A stretch of 64,000 nucleotides of DNA, taken from sequence record NZ_CP104305.1; one strand, given 5' to 3'. This stretch comes from a plasmid. The position numbers and the translations under genes were made by a program. Shown here piece by piece: positions 49,851-59,279 of this stretch. The notes under the pieces were generated by a model. That model saw nothing but the letters and a program-made list of their open reading frames with translations, made no database searches and had not been told where the DNA came from. The first letter of the stretch is position 1; each line of letters begins with the position of its first letter.

Positions 49851-50168
49851 GCTAAAACGACTCAAAATTAGGTAGCACGACTTCACTTTCAAAGCCATCT
49901 TAATAAACCGTGTATATGTTCATGCGGAGGGTGCAATCGCTGCTCCAAAGACAGCAAAAAAGGATATCATTCCTTTGCAAGAGCAATATAATCAATCACA
50001 CCAACAAAATTGAACAAATTGATCAGACAATCCGAGTAGGCGCAAATCCCATTGCTTATACTGCCGATGAACCTATAGAAAAGGCGCTTCGTCATAAAAT
50101 GGTTCAGTACTGTAATCCTCCAAATGGCATAAATATTAAGACTAGTTTTCAAGAAAGGAAGCCGTAAC

Positions 50169-50540
50169 GTGCGTTTATGGCATCAAGATTTAATTCAGCA
50201 ACTCCCAAGACAACAATTATTGGGACAGCATCGTGAAATTGCGGCGCTTCGCGGTAATGGATGGGGACGGAAACACGCTACCGTTAATTACGTATTTGCA
50301 CATTCCCCATATAAATTATTTCAATTTCACTGTATTGTGTTACGTGAAATGGAAAAACGAGGTTATCATCCAGATCAGAAATGGTATGATCCTCTGTATC
50401 GAGGTCAACATTGCCCAGCATACAAACAACTCAATCCGGTTGCACTCACAATACCCATCTATCCTGAGCATGACCAACGATATAAACATGTTTGCTTAAC
50501 CAATTTACAAAACAAGGGAATCTTTTTAAACCTTCCGTGA
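50169..50540 (+). CDS. pyrimidine-dimer DNA glycosylase (T4 endonuclease V-like, Pyr_excise family)
   Basis: N-terminal R.W..L...LP.QQLLGQHRE..AL aligns with T4 DenV [22 protein letters not shown]; GTG start. Confidence 0.5.
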   Translation: MRLWHQDLIQQLPRQQLLGQHREIAALRGNGWGRKHATVNYVFAHSPYKLFQFHCIVLREMEKRGYHPDQKWYDPLYRGQHCPAYKQLNPVALTIPIYPEHDQRYKHVCLTNLQNKGIFLNLP

Positions 50541-50652
50541 TCCTAGTCTGCGATGTTCATCTTGGGACATAGGATTGACAAAATAGTATCTCAACAATAT
50601 ATTTACTAAAAGTAAATAAATAGCCAGTATTACGTTGATAGGAGAAAATCAA

Positions 50653-51051
50653 ATGGTAAACCTTACAGAAGAAATGAAAAATATGTTAAAGAATCAGCTC
50701 CCCTTTCTAGCAACAACAGGAAAAGATGGCAAACCTCAAGTTGGTCCCAAGGGTTCACTACATGTCTTAGATGACTCACATTTAATCTACTTTGAGCACA
50801 CCTTTAGGCAGGCCTATAATAATCTCTCGAACAACCATTTGGCGGCGGTTGCGGTTGCTGATAGAGGCGCTCAAAAGGGATTTCGCTTTGAGGGAACGGC
50901 TCATATTCATGAAGCAGATGACTTTGCTAATCAGATTCTAGATAAAACTAACATCTTTGATCGTTTCCCACGCGCTGGCGTGGTGGTCATTGATGTTGAA
51001 CGAATCTATAAATTGGATAATACCTTAGAAGCTGGTATTCAAATCGCCTAG
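50653..51051 (+). CDS. pyridoxamine 5'-phosphate oxidase-like FMN-binding split-barrel protein
   Basis: LATTGKDGKPQVGPKG...FRFEG pattern. Confidence 0.5.
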   Translation: MVNLTEEMKNMLKNQLPFLATTGKDGKPQVGPKGSLHVLDDSHLIYFEHTFRQAYNNLSNNHLAAVAVADRGAQKGFRFEGTAHIHEADDFANQILDKTNIFDRFPRAGVVVIDVERIYKLDNTLEAGIQIA

Positions 51052-51524
51052 GGTTTTTAAAACAAATTCAACCGAGTAAGTCGAAGAACTTTTTAGTGTC
51101 CAAACTCATACAGTGTTTATTTCATGTCATTAAGTATTCATTAGCAAGCAGTTTTGTTATACTTTGGTTAGAAGTGATAGAAGTACGTCTAATTCTTAAG
51201 AAACCCGTAGCTTACTGTTAACGCCATTACTTCGAGCGTGTCGATTTTCGATACGCCTTTTTTTGTGTTATTGGATAAAAATCATCCAATAAAAATGAAA
51301 TATCAAAAAAGACGACTTCTACTATGGAAAGTCGTCTCTGATGAACCCGTTTTTCTAATACTCATTCATGTTGCATCGTCTTGCTTCAAATGCTTGAAAT
51401 ATACAGACATAGTGTTTAAATAAGTTGGCCGGTTTCAGTTTATTAAACTCAATATCAGTCTTAAAATATTGATTCTTTCCTAATTTAAAGTAACCCAAAA
51501 AGATATTAGACAAATTTTGAGATC

Positions 51525-52604
51525 CTAATGATCTTCTTTTAATTGAAAGCTTTTATCCCAAACTTTTTTGACATAAGCCTTATACTTAGTCTGGCCAAGT
51601 GGCGTGACAATTACGACTCGATAATGATTACCAGGCAGGCTGATGTCAGTCACCCCAGTTTGATCTGATTTAAAAGAATGTATATGTCGACCTCGTTTCA
51701 CCACGACCTGTGTGGCTTCAGCCGGTACTTCCAGCAAATAATGCTTTCGGCCAAGCATCAAACTGCGCATTACGAAACCGATCACGCCTAAAATGATCAC
51801 CGCGCCTAAAAGTGCGACTATTAGCTTTAATTTGTTCCACCAAACCGCCCAACTTGAGGCCTCGTCATCTGCCTTAACGTAAGGAATTCGGCGACCCGTT
51901 ATCAACAATCGATGAGAATTAATCATATAAGGCGTGCAGGTCATTAAGGTCACAAGATCCTGTCCCGGCACAATTCTTAGCTGCCGGGTATCACTTGGCT
52001 CAATAACCTGGCGCTTAAAGACTTGGTAAGCCAATTTATGATTGCCTATGCTAATAAAAAACTTGTCGCCTTTTTTTAACGCTGGTACTCGGGTAAAAAG
52101 TTCAGCGTTTGGCACACCACGATGCGCTGAAATGACAGCATGGGTATTTTTACCACCAGTTGGATAACTTGTACCATCCAATAAACAGGCGCCAAATTGT
52201 AGAAGCCAATCGCTTGTATGATCAAAAACCGGCAGACTAAGGCCAATTTTGGGAATCGTCAACTGAGCAACTGTCTGACGAGTCAAGATTTGCTGATTGC
52301 GTTTGGCCGCTGTTTTTGCGGTTCCTTGATCATTAACGGCATGATTAAAACTGGCAACGCCGGGCACTTGCTGACTTGCTGCCAACTGTTTATTTTTTTG
52401 CTGATAGTCGTTATATTCCCGCCGCAACACCATCTGATTCTTCCGCGCTTCTTGTTGTCGATACCTGTCGATGACTTGCTGATTTTGGTAAGAAACGTAA
52501 GCATCACTTGCAAATGGATAGCATAAAACACCAAAACCCGCTAAAAGAAGGCATCCAATCACAATATCAATCAAGCCTAAAGGTCGACGTGTTCGTTTTG
52601 TCAC
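51525..52604 (-). CDS. srtC1: class C (pilus-specific) sortase
   Basis: N-terminal TM, TLMTCTPY catalytic motif, C-terminal TM plus extension. Confidence 0.85.
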   Translation of the reverse strand: MTKRTRRPLGLIDIVIGCLLLAGFGVLCYPFASDAYVSYQNQQVIDRYRQQEARKNQMVLRREYNDYQQKNKQLAASQQVPGVASFNHAVNDQGTAKTAAKRNQQILTRQTVAQLTIPKIGLSLPVFDHTSDWLLQFGACLLDGTSYPTGGKNTHAVISAHRGVPNAELFTRVPALKKGDKFFISIGNHKLAYQVFKRQVIEPSDTRQLRIVPGQDLVTLMTCTPYMINSHRLLITGRRIPYVKADDEASSWAVWWNKLKLIVALLGAVIILGVIGFVMRSLMLGRKHYLLEVPAEATQVVVKRGRHIHSFKSDQTGVTDISLPGNHYRVVIVTPLGQTKYKAYVKKVWDKSFQLKEDH

Positions 52605-52621
52605 TCTGATTACCTCGCCAT

Positions 52622-52652
52622 ATCAAAACAAGAGCGCCATCGACGCTCTTGC
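52622..52652 (-). terminator. intra-operon hairpin between spaA and srtC (attenuating terminator)
   Basis: aagagcgtcgatggcgctctt followed by GTTTTG on minus strand. Confidence 0.35.
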
Positions 52653-52677
52653 TTGACTCATTTATCTTATTAACTTT

Positions 52678-53682
52678 TTAGAAACCATTGCGGCGCTTGC
52701 GATAGGCAACTGCTCCAAATGCAATTAAGGCAACGCCCAAAATCGCAAAAATGACTGTGCCAGTACCACCAGTGTGTGGCAGAATACCGCTTGGTGCATC
52801 TAGAATGTCGCTAGACGAATTATCAGCTTTAAAGTCTGTATTGGCAGCAGCATCATAACCATCCGGCACGTTTGTTTCAACTGCCGTGTAAGTTGTGGTG
52901 TTATCAGCAAATCCATTTAAGCCAAACTTACCGCTCTTATCAGACGTGAAAACAGTAGCATCGCTTTCAGCAACCCACGTCAATCGATAGTTATTGGCCA
53001 ATACATCGATAAATCCTTCGCCGATGCTGACGCTTTTACCATCTTTATCTGTCAACTTCAAAAACTTGCCATCACTATTGCTAATCTTAAAGCCGGCTCC
53101 TTCAAGCACTTCTTTAGTCTCAGCATCTTTCTTAACAAAAGTGCGCTCATAGGTGGTCTTTTGAACATTCTTTGGGTAGACATAGACATTCCCGTCGGCT
53201 GCTGCCTTGGCCGGTAAGGTTAACCAGAAATCGGCAGACGTATTATAACCAGCTCGCGGATTGGTTTCATGGAAAAGATAGACAGCAGCACGAGTCTTAC
53301 CGCTGGCATCTTTTGATTGGGTTGGCAATGCTCGGGTTAGTTGCCCCTTGTCATTAGTCGTACCGGTTGCGGCAACCGAAGCACTATCAAAACCGCCTTT
53401 ATAATCCTTAGGCGATGCCCAATAATTGGCTGTCACGTTGTAAATGGTGAAATCAACGCCTTGTAAAGGCTTAGCACCATTGCCATTCCACATTTGATCA
53501 GTCGCACGATCAATGGCAGTAACATCTTTGTCAAACCCGTATTTAGTAAGGACAACGTTTTGTGTTGTCGTATCATTCGTATCTGCTTGAACCCGAGTGC
53601 CATTAAACCCGAGAACCATCAGTAATGTCATTAGGATCGTGCTGGTTAATGTCAGCACTTTCTTGGCAATTGTCTTTTTCAT
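52678..53682 (-). CDS. spaA: major (backbone) pilin, SpaA-like
   Basis: signal peptide, pilin motif YPKN, E-box YTAVETNVPDGY, LPHTG sorting signal. Confidence 0.8.
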   Translation of the reverse strand: MKKTIAKKVLTLTSTILMTLLMVLGFNGTRVQADTNDTTTQNVVLTKYGFDKDVTAIDRATDQMWNGNGAKPLQGVDFTIYNVTANYWASPKDYKGGFDSASVAATGTTNDKGQLTRALPTQSKDASGKTRAAVYLFHETNPRAGYNTSADFWLTLPAKAAADGNVYVYPKNVQKTTYERTFVKKDAETKEVLEGAGFKISNSDGKFLKLTDKDGKSVSIGEGFIDVLANNYRLTWVAESDATVFTSDKSGKFGLNGFADNTTTYTAVETNVPDGYDAAANTDFKADNSSSDILDAPSGILPHTGGTGTVIFAILGVALIAFGAVAYRKRRNGF

Positions 53683-53684
53683 TC

Positions 53685-54410
53685 TTATCTCTCCCACTTA
53701 TTAATTTTTTGGTTTTTTATGTTAAAAGCAAGTACTGTCCCGAAGATTATCAACCCGAGCATTGAAAGCCAAGCTGCAACTGTATCACCCGTTTGTGGCA
53801 ACAATTGACGTGTTTTCTTTGGAACTTTTTTGGGGGCATCGGTGTGACGACTTACCATTTTGTTCTTAGGAAATAAATCAATGCGTGATTGATTCCCATG
53901 TTGAAGGTTGCTTGACATGACAACCACAAGATTCTGACTGGCTTCAATATTCTTAGGTGCCGCCGTTTCTTTAAAAAGATAAACCGCAGCATGCTGCCCC
54001 TGTCGGAGTGGTAAATCGCCAAAGTACGCTTCTCCCTGACCAGCCGTCACAACCTGTGCGATAAGGCTGGAGCTAGCAGGCTGATAGCTATCTTGACTCA
54101 ACGTCGTTTGTGCTGCTTCAATCGCACCGCCATTTTTGGAGACAAGCTGCCAAAAGTCAGCGGTCACGTCATAAACTGTGAACGTCACACCGTTTAACGG
54201 CACATCTGCCTGCGAAAAGTCGGGTTTTGTTGTCCCGTTATTTGCTTGTTGAGTTGGCAAGGTATCTTTAAACAACAGCTTATGCAACACAACATCAACA
54301 GTGGTCGGCACAGTTGCCGCCTGTGTCTGCTGCAACGTTGTCGTTGCCAAACTGACTAGTAGTGCCAAGCAAAAGGTCAAAATCACTAACGGACGGAAGG
54401 ATTTAGTCAT
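53685..54410 (-). CDS. spaB: minor basal pilin, SpaB-like
   Basis: 241 aa, LPQTG sorting signal plus TM. Confidence 0.7.
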   Translation of the reverse strand: MTKSFRPLVILTFCLALLVSLATTTLQQTQAATVPTTVDVVLHKLLFKDTLPTQQANNGTTKPDFSQADVPLNGVTFTVYDVTADFWQLVSKNGGAIEAAQTTLSQDSYQPASSSLIAQVVTAGQGEAYFGDLPLRQGQHAAVYLFKETAAPKNIEASQNLVVVMSSNLQHGNQSRIDLFPKNKMVSRHTDAPKKVPKKTRQLLPQTGDTVAAWLSMLGLIIFGTVLAFNIKNQKINKWER

Positions 54411-57162
54411 GTTGCTTCACCACCCGTCGCTTTATCAAAACAACCAGTAATAAAAGGAACGCTGCGCTGATCAATCCCAGTGCGATACCAAGCAATCGCT
54501 GATAGCCCTGACCACCTGTATGTGGCAAAATTGCAAGTGGCTGATTAATCGCCTGCAAAGTGATCGTGCTGCCATCAATCGCTAATGTGTATCCGTTCTT
54601 ACTTTCGCCCGGCTTCAATGCCTCACCGTCAATCGTGACGGTTGCCTCTTTACCAGTCGTAGCTACCTGAATGGCAATCTTGGCAGGATTGCTTTGATAG
54701 CCATCTGGTGCTTTTGTTTCTGACATCGTATAGGTACCATCTGCAATTAATTTTGTCGCAAACGCTTGTCCCCCAGATGTCGCCGATGATGTTATCGTCT
54801 CAGCTTCGCCAGCACTTGGTTGCAGGGTGAACGCTGCACCTGCAAGATATTGGCTTTGATTATCCTGTTTGATGACCCGCAAAGTCATGGATGGCTTTGG
54901 TTCATCATATTTCGTTAGCGTCAGAATTTGCTGGTGATCCCCGGTCACCGTAAAATCATCTGACTTATCACCAACAGGATTCAAAGTCTGCTGGCCATTA
55001 ATAACACTCCCTGATGTCACATTGTCCTTTGTGCCATGGTATTGCCATTGCCCATCAGACGTTAGCTGAAAAAGATACGTTGTCCCATCAAGTTGATAAC
55101 CTGTAGGTGCTGCAGCTTCCCGAATACCGTAATACCCCGGCGCTAGTGCCTGCAGATCCGTTGACGTGATGGCGTTGGTTTTGGATGCCTGCTGAAAACT
55201 GTTATCGCTGTACTGGGTTAAGTTAAACTGCATGGCCTTCAACTGATCTGCTGATAAATCAGTACCATCGGTTGTTTTTTTCTGAAATTGAAAACCATAC
55301 TGCTGATTTGTCAAAGTCAACGTTGCTGTTTGCTGATCCATATTTTGAGAACTGATAAACGAACTCAAATCAATTCCCGAGGCATCTTCACTCTTAACGA
55401 CATATGAAAAACTTTGACCCTGATTGTTATACGCAGGTGCCGTAAAGCTAGCTTTCCAGTTATCAGCTTTTTTAAGGACTAAGGTCTGTTGCCAATTTGG
55501 ATCAAGCGAACCGTCAGCCACTTTTCGCTGCACCGTGACGTTGAGCGTATCCGGTAACGATTGATTGCTTAACTGGCGCCATTGCTTCTGCACATAAACT
55601 GTAGTTGCTGGTGCCCTGCCTGAAGGAATCCCAAAGTCAACAGCGGCAGCGCCCGCTTTTGGTGTCAACAATGTTTCACCATTCATTTGGTACCAAAAAT
55701 CAGGCTTGAAGCCACCATCCTCTGTTTTGATCCGGACTTGATAATGGATTTGAACTTCCTGATCCTGACCCAAGTTCATGTGATTCACCGTCAATTGACC
55801 ATCTTGGATCGCCGCACTTGGCAACTCACTTGCTGGCACAGTTTGCTTGCCGACACTCGTAACGGTCGCCTGGTTGTTCGCATATTGAAATTGCGTACCA
55901 ATCGGGTCTGTGATCGTGCCGTCGATGACAGTATTAAAGTTTTTGATAATGTCCTTTGCCTGATTTTTCAAATAAGCCTCAACAGCATCGGCACTATCAG
56001 CATCTTCGTATAAATCCGGTGAATTGGCAATAAGCTGCATGTTTTGGCGTATTTTTTCTTTCGTCATGTAGTGGCCGTCGTCAGCCAGTTGGATGCCTAA
56101 CGCGTGCACCTCATTACCACTATCCTTTGCTATCTTGGCCTCACCCAATGTTGCTGGCCAAGTATCATATATATAATGACCTGAACTATCGGTGTATTTG
56201 TATGGCCGTTCGGGGTATGGCCATTCGGGGTATCGCCGTAGAAGTTGTGCGGTGTAGCCGGGTTCATCTCTGGTAGTTCCAAAGTTAGTGCCATACAATG
56301 TGCCGTTTTCCACCACTGAATTTTTTACCTTATCAGAAAAAGTCGGCACACCATCTGTTAATAAAATCATCATCTTTTTATTGCCACTGGTGTCCGTATT
56401 CAGCATGGCCGATCCTTGCCGCAAACCAATCTGCGTATACGTACCACCATTAAAAGTTGGGCTCAATGCGCTATTAATCGCTTGTTGCTGACTGGTATTT
56501 CCTGCTTTGCCTAATCCAACGCGAATATAACCCGGTCCAGTGGTTTTATTGCCGCCACCGATATAGCCGGGACTAGAAAAACCAATTAAGCCAACATTGA
56601 CGTAATCACCCAGACCGGCGTTTTGAATATAAGTCAAGAAATTCTTAACGCCAGTACGAACGGCACCAGCACGATCTGTGCCGCCATTATTTTCTGGATT
56701 GTCTGGCTCCATTGACCCAGACATATCAACAACTAAGACAATATCTACAGGCTTCACATTTTGCTGTGTATTGCCTTTGACGTTCAAATAAACGTCGTAC
56801 AATCCGGGGGTATTCGTCTCTTTAGCATATTTTCGAATCTGATAATCCGGATTATTGGGATCACCAAATTTCAGGTAAGAATTCGTGGTATTAGTCGCAT
56901 CACCATCCCAGGTTGTATTGTTATCCCACCCTGAAACTTGATCCCCGCCGCGTTGATTGATCACATTTTGTTGTCCCGTGACCTGCCACGAATTTTCTGG
57001 ATAGGTACCATTAGCATTGGTTTTATAGGTTGGGCGAATGTTAGCAGTGGCTGTCACAACTGAACTGCCACTTGTCACTAAGCCTGTTAACATACTCATC
57101 AAAATCAATAAGACCGCGAACAAATGCCCAGTTCTCGCCACTTTAGCTGTCATCCTCGTCAC
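54403..57162 (-). CDS. spaC: pilus tip adhesin with vWFA domain, SpaC-like
   Basis: MIDAS DIVLVVDMSGSM, E-box YTMSETKAPDGY, LPHTG plus TM. Confidence 0.8.
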   Translation of the reverse strand: MTRMTAKVARTGHLFAVLLILMSMLTGLVTSGSSVVTATANIRPTYKTNANGTYPENSWQVTGQQNVINQRGGDQVSGWDNNTTWDGDATNTTNSYLKFGDPNNPDYQIRKYAKETNTPGLYDVYLNVKGNTQQNVKPVDIVLVVDMSGSMEPDNPENNGGTDRAGAVRTGVKNFLTYIQNAGLGDYVNVGLIGFSSPGYIGGGNKTTGPGYIRVGLGKAGNTSQQQAINSALSPTFNGGTYTQIGLRQGSAMLNTDTSGNKKMMILLTDGVPTFSDKVKNSVVENGTLYGTNFGTTRDEPGYTAQLLRRYPEWPYPERPYKYTDSSGHYIYDTWPATLGEAKIAKDSGNEVHALGIQLADDGHYMTKEKIRQNMQLIANSPDLYEDADSADAVEAYLKNQAKDIIKNFNTVIDGTITDPIGTQFQYANNQATVTSVGKQTVPASELPSAAIQDGQLTVNHMNLGQDQEVQIHYQVRIKTEDGGFKPDFWYQMNGETLLTPKAGAAAVDFGIPSGRAPATTVYVQKQWRQLSNQSLPDTLNVTVQRKVADGSLDPNWQQTLVLKKADNWKASFTAPAYNNQGQSFSYVVKSEDASGIDLSSFISSQNMDQQTATLTLTNQQYGFQFQKKTTDGTDLSADQLKAMQFNLTQYSDNSFQQASKTNAITSTDLQALAPGYYGIREAAAPTGYQLDGTTYLFQLTSDGQWQYHGTKDNVTSGSVINGQQTLNPVGDKSDDFTVTGDHQQILTLTKYDEPKPSMTLRVIKQDNQSQYLAGAAFTLQPSAGEAETITSSATSGGQAFATKLIADGTYTMSETKAPDGYQSNPAKIAIQVATTGKEATVTIDGEALKPGESKNGYTLAIDGSTITLQAINQPLAILPHTGGQGYQRLLGIALGLISAAFLLLLVVLIKRRVVKQHD

Positions 57163-57200
57163 ATTTTTACCCTCCTCTCAAGTAAACTTTTAACCAATGA

Positions 57201-58251
57201 CCTAGATTGCAATAATAAAGTTACCACCTAGAAAGAGGCTTGCTCACTGCTTGAACTGGGGTTTGCCAACGGAGACATTTTCTAGGTTTGTTATTGATAA
57301 GCGCTGTGGCTTGTTGAATATCGGTCTCTGAAACCTGATCAAACTGTGTTCCCTTCGGGAAATAGTAGCGAAGTTCTCGATTGAACCGTTCATTTGTGCC
57401 CCGTTCATTCGGGTGATAGGCGTGGCAAAAGTAAACCGGTATCCGATAGCGCTTTGTAAGCGCCTGATCGCAGGAAAAATCTTTACCGTGATCAACCGTC
57501 ACTGATCGAACCGGACCCGGAAAGTCCACCATCAGTCTTGCAAATCCCTTGAGAACAGCATTTTGTGATAAGTTTTCAAGCTTAGTTGTCGCCATTAAAC
57601 GTGTCACCCGATCGACAATGGTCAAAACAGCAGCCTTTGACCAGCGACCACCGCGAACTGTATCCATCTCTAAATGTCCTTTTTCGGTTCGCCGGTTAGC
57701 TGACTCACTGCAAATCTCAATTGAGGTGCCTACTGCTTGGTTATAGCGCGACCGAAGGTCTTGTCTTCTTTTATGACGTTTACCGTGATCAAAGAGTTGG
57801 CTTGGCTGAAAATCGACTTGTCTTTGATAAATCCAGTGGTAAATCGTGTGTGGCGCACAGTGAACGGCATAACCGACCATTTCAGGGGACCAACCTAGGT
57901 TTAGCTTCTCAGTTACCATCCGCTTCAACTTAGGCGTTAAAATCGAGTGCCGACCACAACGATGCCGACAAGTATCGGCATGATCCTGAGCTATAATGGC
58001 GCAGTAATCACCTTCAGGGCAACGGTGAAGCTCATGCCTAATAGAAATACGAGAGCGGCCTAAGGTCGCGGCGATGTATTGAATCGTGTGGTGTTGCATC
58101 AGTTCTATCTGAGATCGTTCAATTAAGGTTATAATGGCCATGGGACCTGTCCTTCTCTCTAGATGGTATGTTATGCAAACACCATTTTAGCAAGAACGGA
58201 CAGGTCTTTTTTCACATTTTCTGGGTGGTAACTTTAATTATGCAATCTAGG
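57201..58251 (-). mobile_element. IS30-family insertion sequence copy 1 (1051 bp) abutting spaC start
   Basis: 28-bp terminal IRs cctagattgcaataataaagttaccacc / ggtggtaactttaattatgcaatctagg; 306-aa DDE transposase 57221-58141. Confidence 0.85.
57221..58141 (-). CDS. IS30-family transposase
   Basis: HTH N-terminus, DDE core; identical length to copy at 61077-61997. Confidence 0.85.
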   Translation of the reverse strand: MAIITLIERSQIELMQHHTIQYIAATLGRSRISIRHELHRCPEGDYCAIIAQDHADTCRHRCGRHSILTPKLKRMVTEKLNLGWSPEMVGYAVHCAPHTIYHWIYQRQVDFQPSQLFDHGKRHKRRQDLRSRYNQAVGTSIEICSESANRRTEKGHLEMDTVRGGRWSKAAVLTIVDRVTRLMATTKLENLSQNAVLKGFARLMVDFPGPVRSVTVDHGKDFSCDQALTKRYRIPVYFCHAYHPNERGTNERFNRELRYYFPKGTQFDQVSETDIQQATALINNKPRKCLRWQTPVQAVSKPLSRW

Positions 58252-58458
58252 CACATTTTTAATGTTACCCTTCTTAAAGGTTCATTTTTTTCATATTTTG
58301 AAAGAATTTCTTGCTAGTTCTGAATCAACGGTACTTCCATAATGCAAATTCTGATACGGTTATCCCAGTTGACCAAATCGCTTGGCATCCATCTCACAAG
58401 CTGGACAGTTAGAGATCGCGAACATGGTAGTGTGTTTTTATAGTGCTGATCCTTCCCT

Positions 58459-58827
58459 TCAACCTTGGTATGAAGCTTCAGATAATCGTTGAATCAACAT
58501 GGGTTCATCTATATCTAAATAAGTTTTTCGACTTGTGTGTAAGGTGTCACCAGTGCGTACCTGTGTATTGATCCAGCGAGTACAGTCCGCGTGATGTTCA
58601 CCACGAAAGTAGACTTTACCAGAATTAAAGCCAACGACCGCAAATTTAGGCTGTACACAAGCAGCCGCCAATTTTTTAAGGGAAGAATCCGAAATACTTT
58701 CCTCAGAGTTTAGCAAACGTCGCACAGTACGATCATTTATTTTAGCTTGTCTGGCAAATTCTGGGTTGCTCAGATTGTTCTTGTCGATGTAGTTCTGAAC
58801 CATTTTACGAACAGAATCACGATCCAT
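58459..58827 (-). CDS. putative HTH transcriptional regulator
   Basis: N-terminal helix-turn-helix-like segment LSNPEFARQAKINDRTVRRLL; RBS agggag. Confidence 0.35.
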   Translation of the reverse strand: MDRDSVRKMVQNYIDKNNLSNPEFARQAKINDRTVRRLLNSEESISDSSLKKLAAACVQPKFAVVGFNSGKVYFRGEHHADCTRWINTQVRTGDTLHTSRKTYLDIDEPMLIQRLSEASYQG

Positions 58828-59007
58828 TAAATCAGACTCCCTCTATTGTAATAAACCATTATGGCAGTTAATTGTAACCCCGTACTTGCATATTGATGGA
58901 TGATACTGAGACGTGTATGCCCAAAAGCCTATACAGCATAGTCCAAACAAGATACTCAAAGACAAAACCAAGCGTGTTCTTAATTTTATATGGAAGTTCT
59001 TTCTCAT

Positions 59008-59273
59008 ACATAGTGGAGGCCTTGCTGATAAAATAACACTCAGTAAGGTTTAGTCGGCCTAGGGGCGTGCGGGCCCTAGGCCGACCCGAACGCCCTGGAA
59101 ACGTCTTGTCGTTTCAGAATAGGTAACTGGTAAGTCCAGTCTGTACCTAGATCCATTGGTTGCTGATTGTCGGCTACCATGCAGATCATCCAAAACTTGT
59201 GCATAAAGCTTGTGGCCTACCGCCACGCGGGCAAGCCCGCAGGTGCCTTTTCTACGCCCTGTCAAGTTTAAAT
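59008..59273. repeat. GC-rich structured intergenic element, copy B (interrupted by IS110 element)
   Basis: homologous to 2894-3190; contains ggcctagggg...cccctaggcc hairpin and GAAACGTCTTGTCGTTTCAG motif. Confidence 0.45.
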
Positions 59274-59279
59274 CCCGAT

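Noticed and set aside
51238-51423. 61-aa ORF between the PNPOx-like gene and srtC
   Set aside because: AT-rich, no RBS, no similarity. Probably non-coding.
58843-59007. 54-aa ORF with a signal-peptide-like start upstream of repeat copy B; considered a relic of a second nuclease gene
   Set aside because: Protein similarity to the nuclease N-terminus is limited to generic signal-peptide hydrophobicity. DNA homology between the two loci stops before the coding region.
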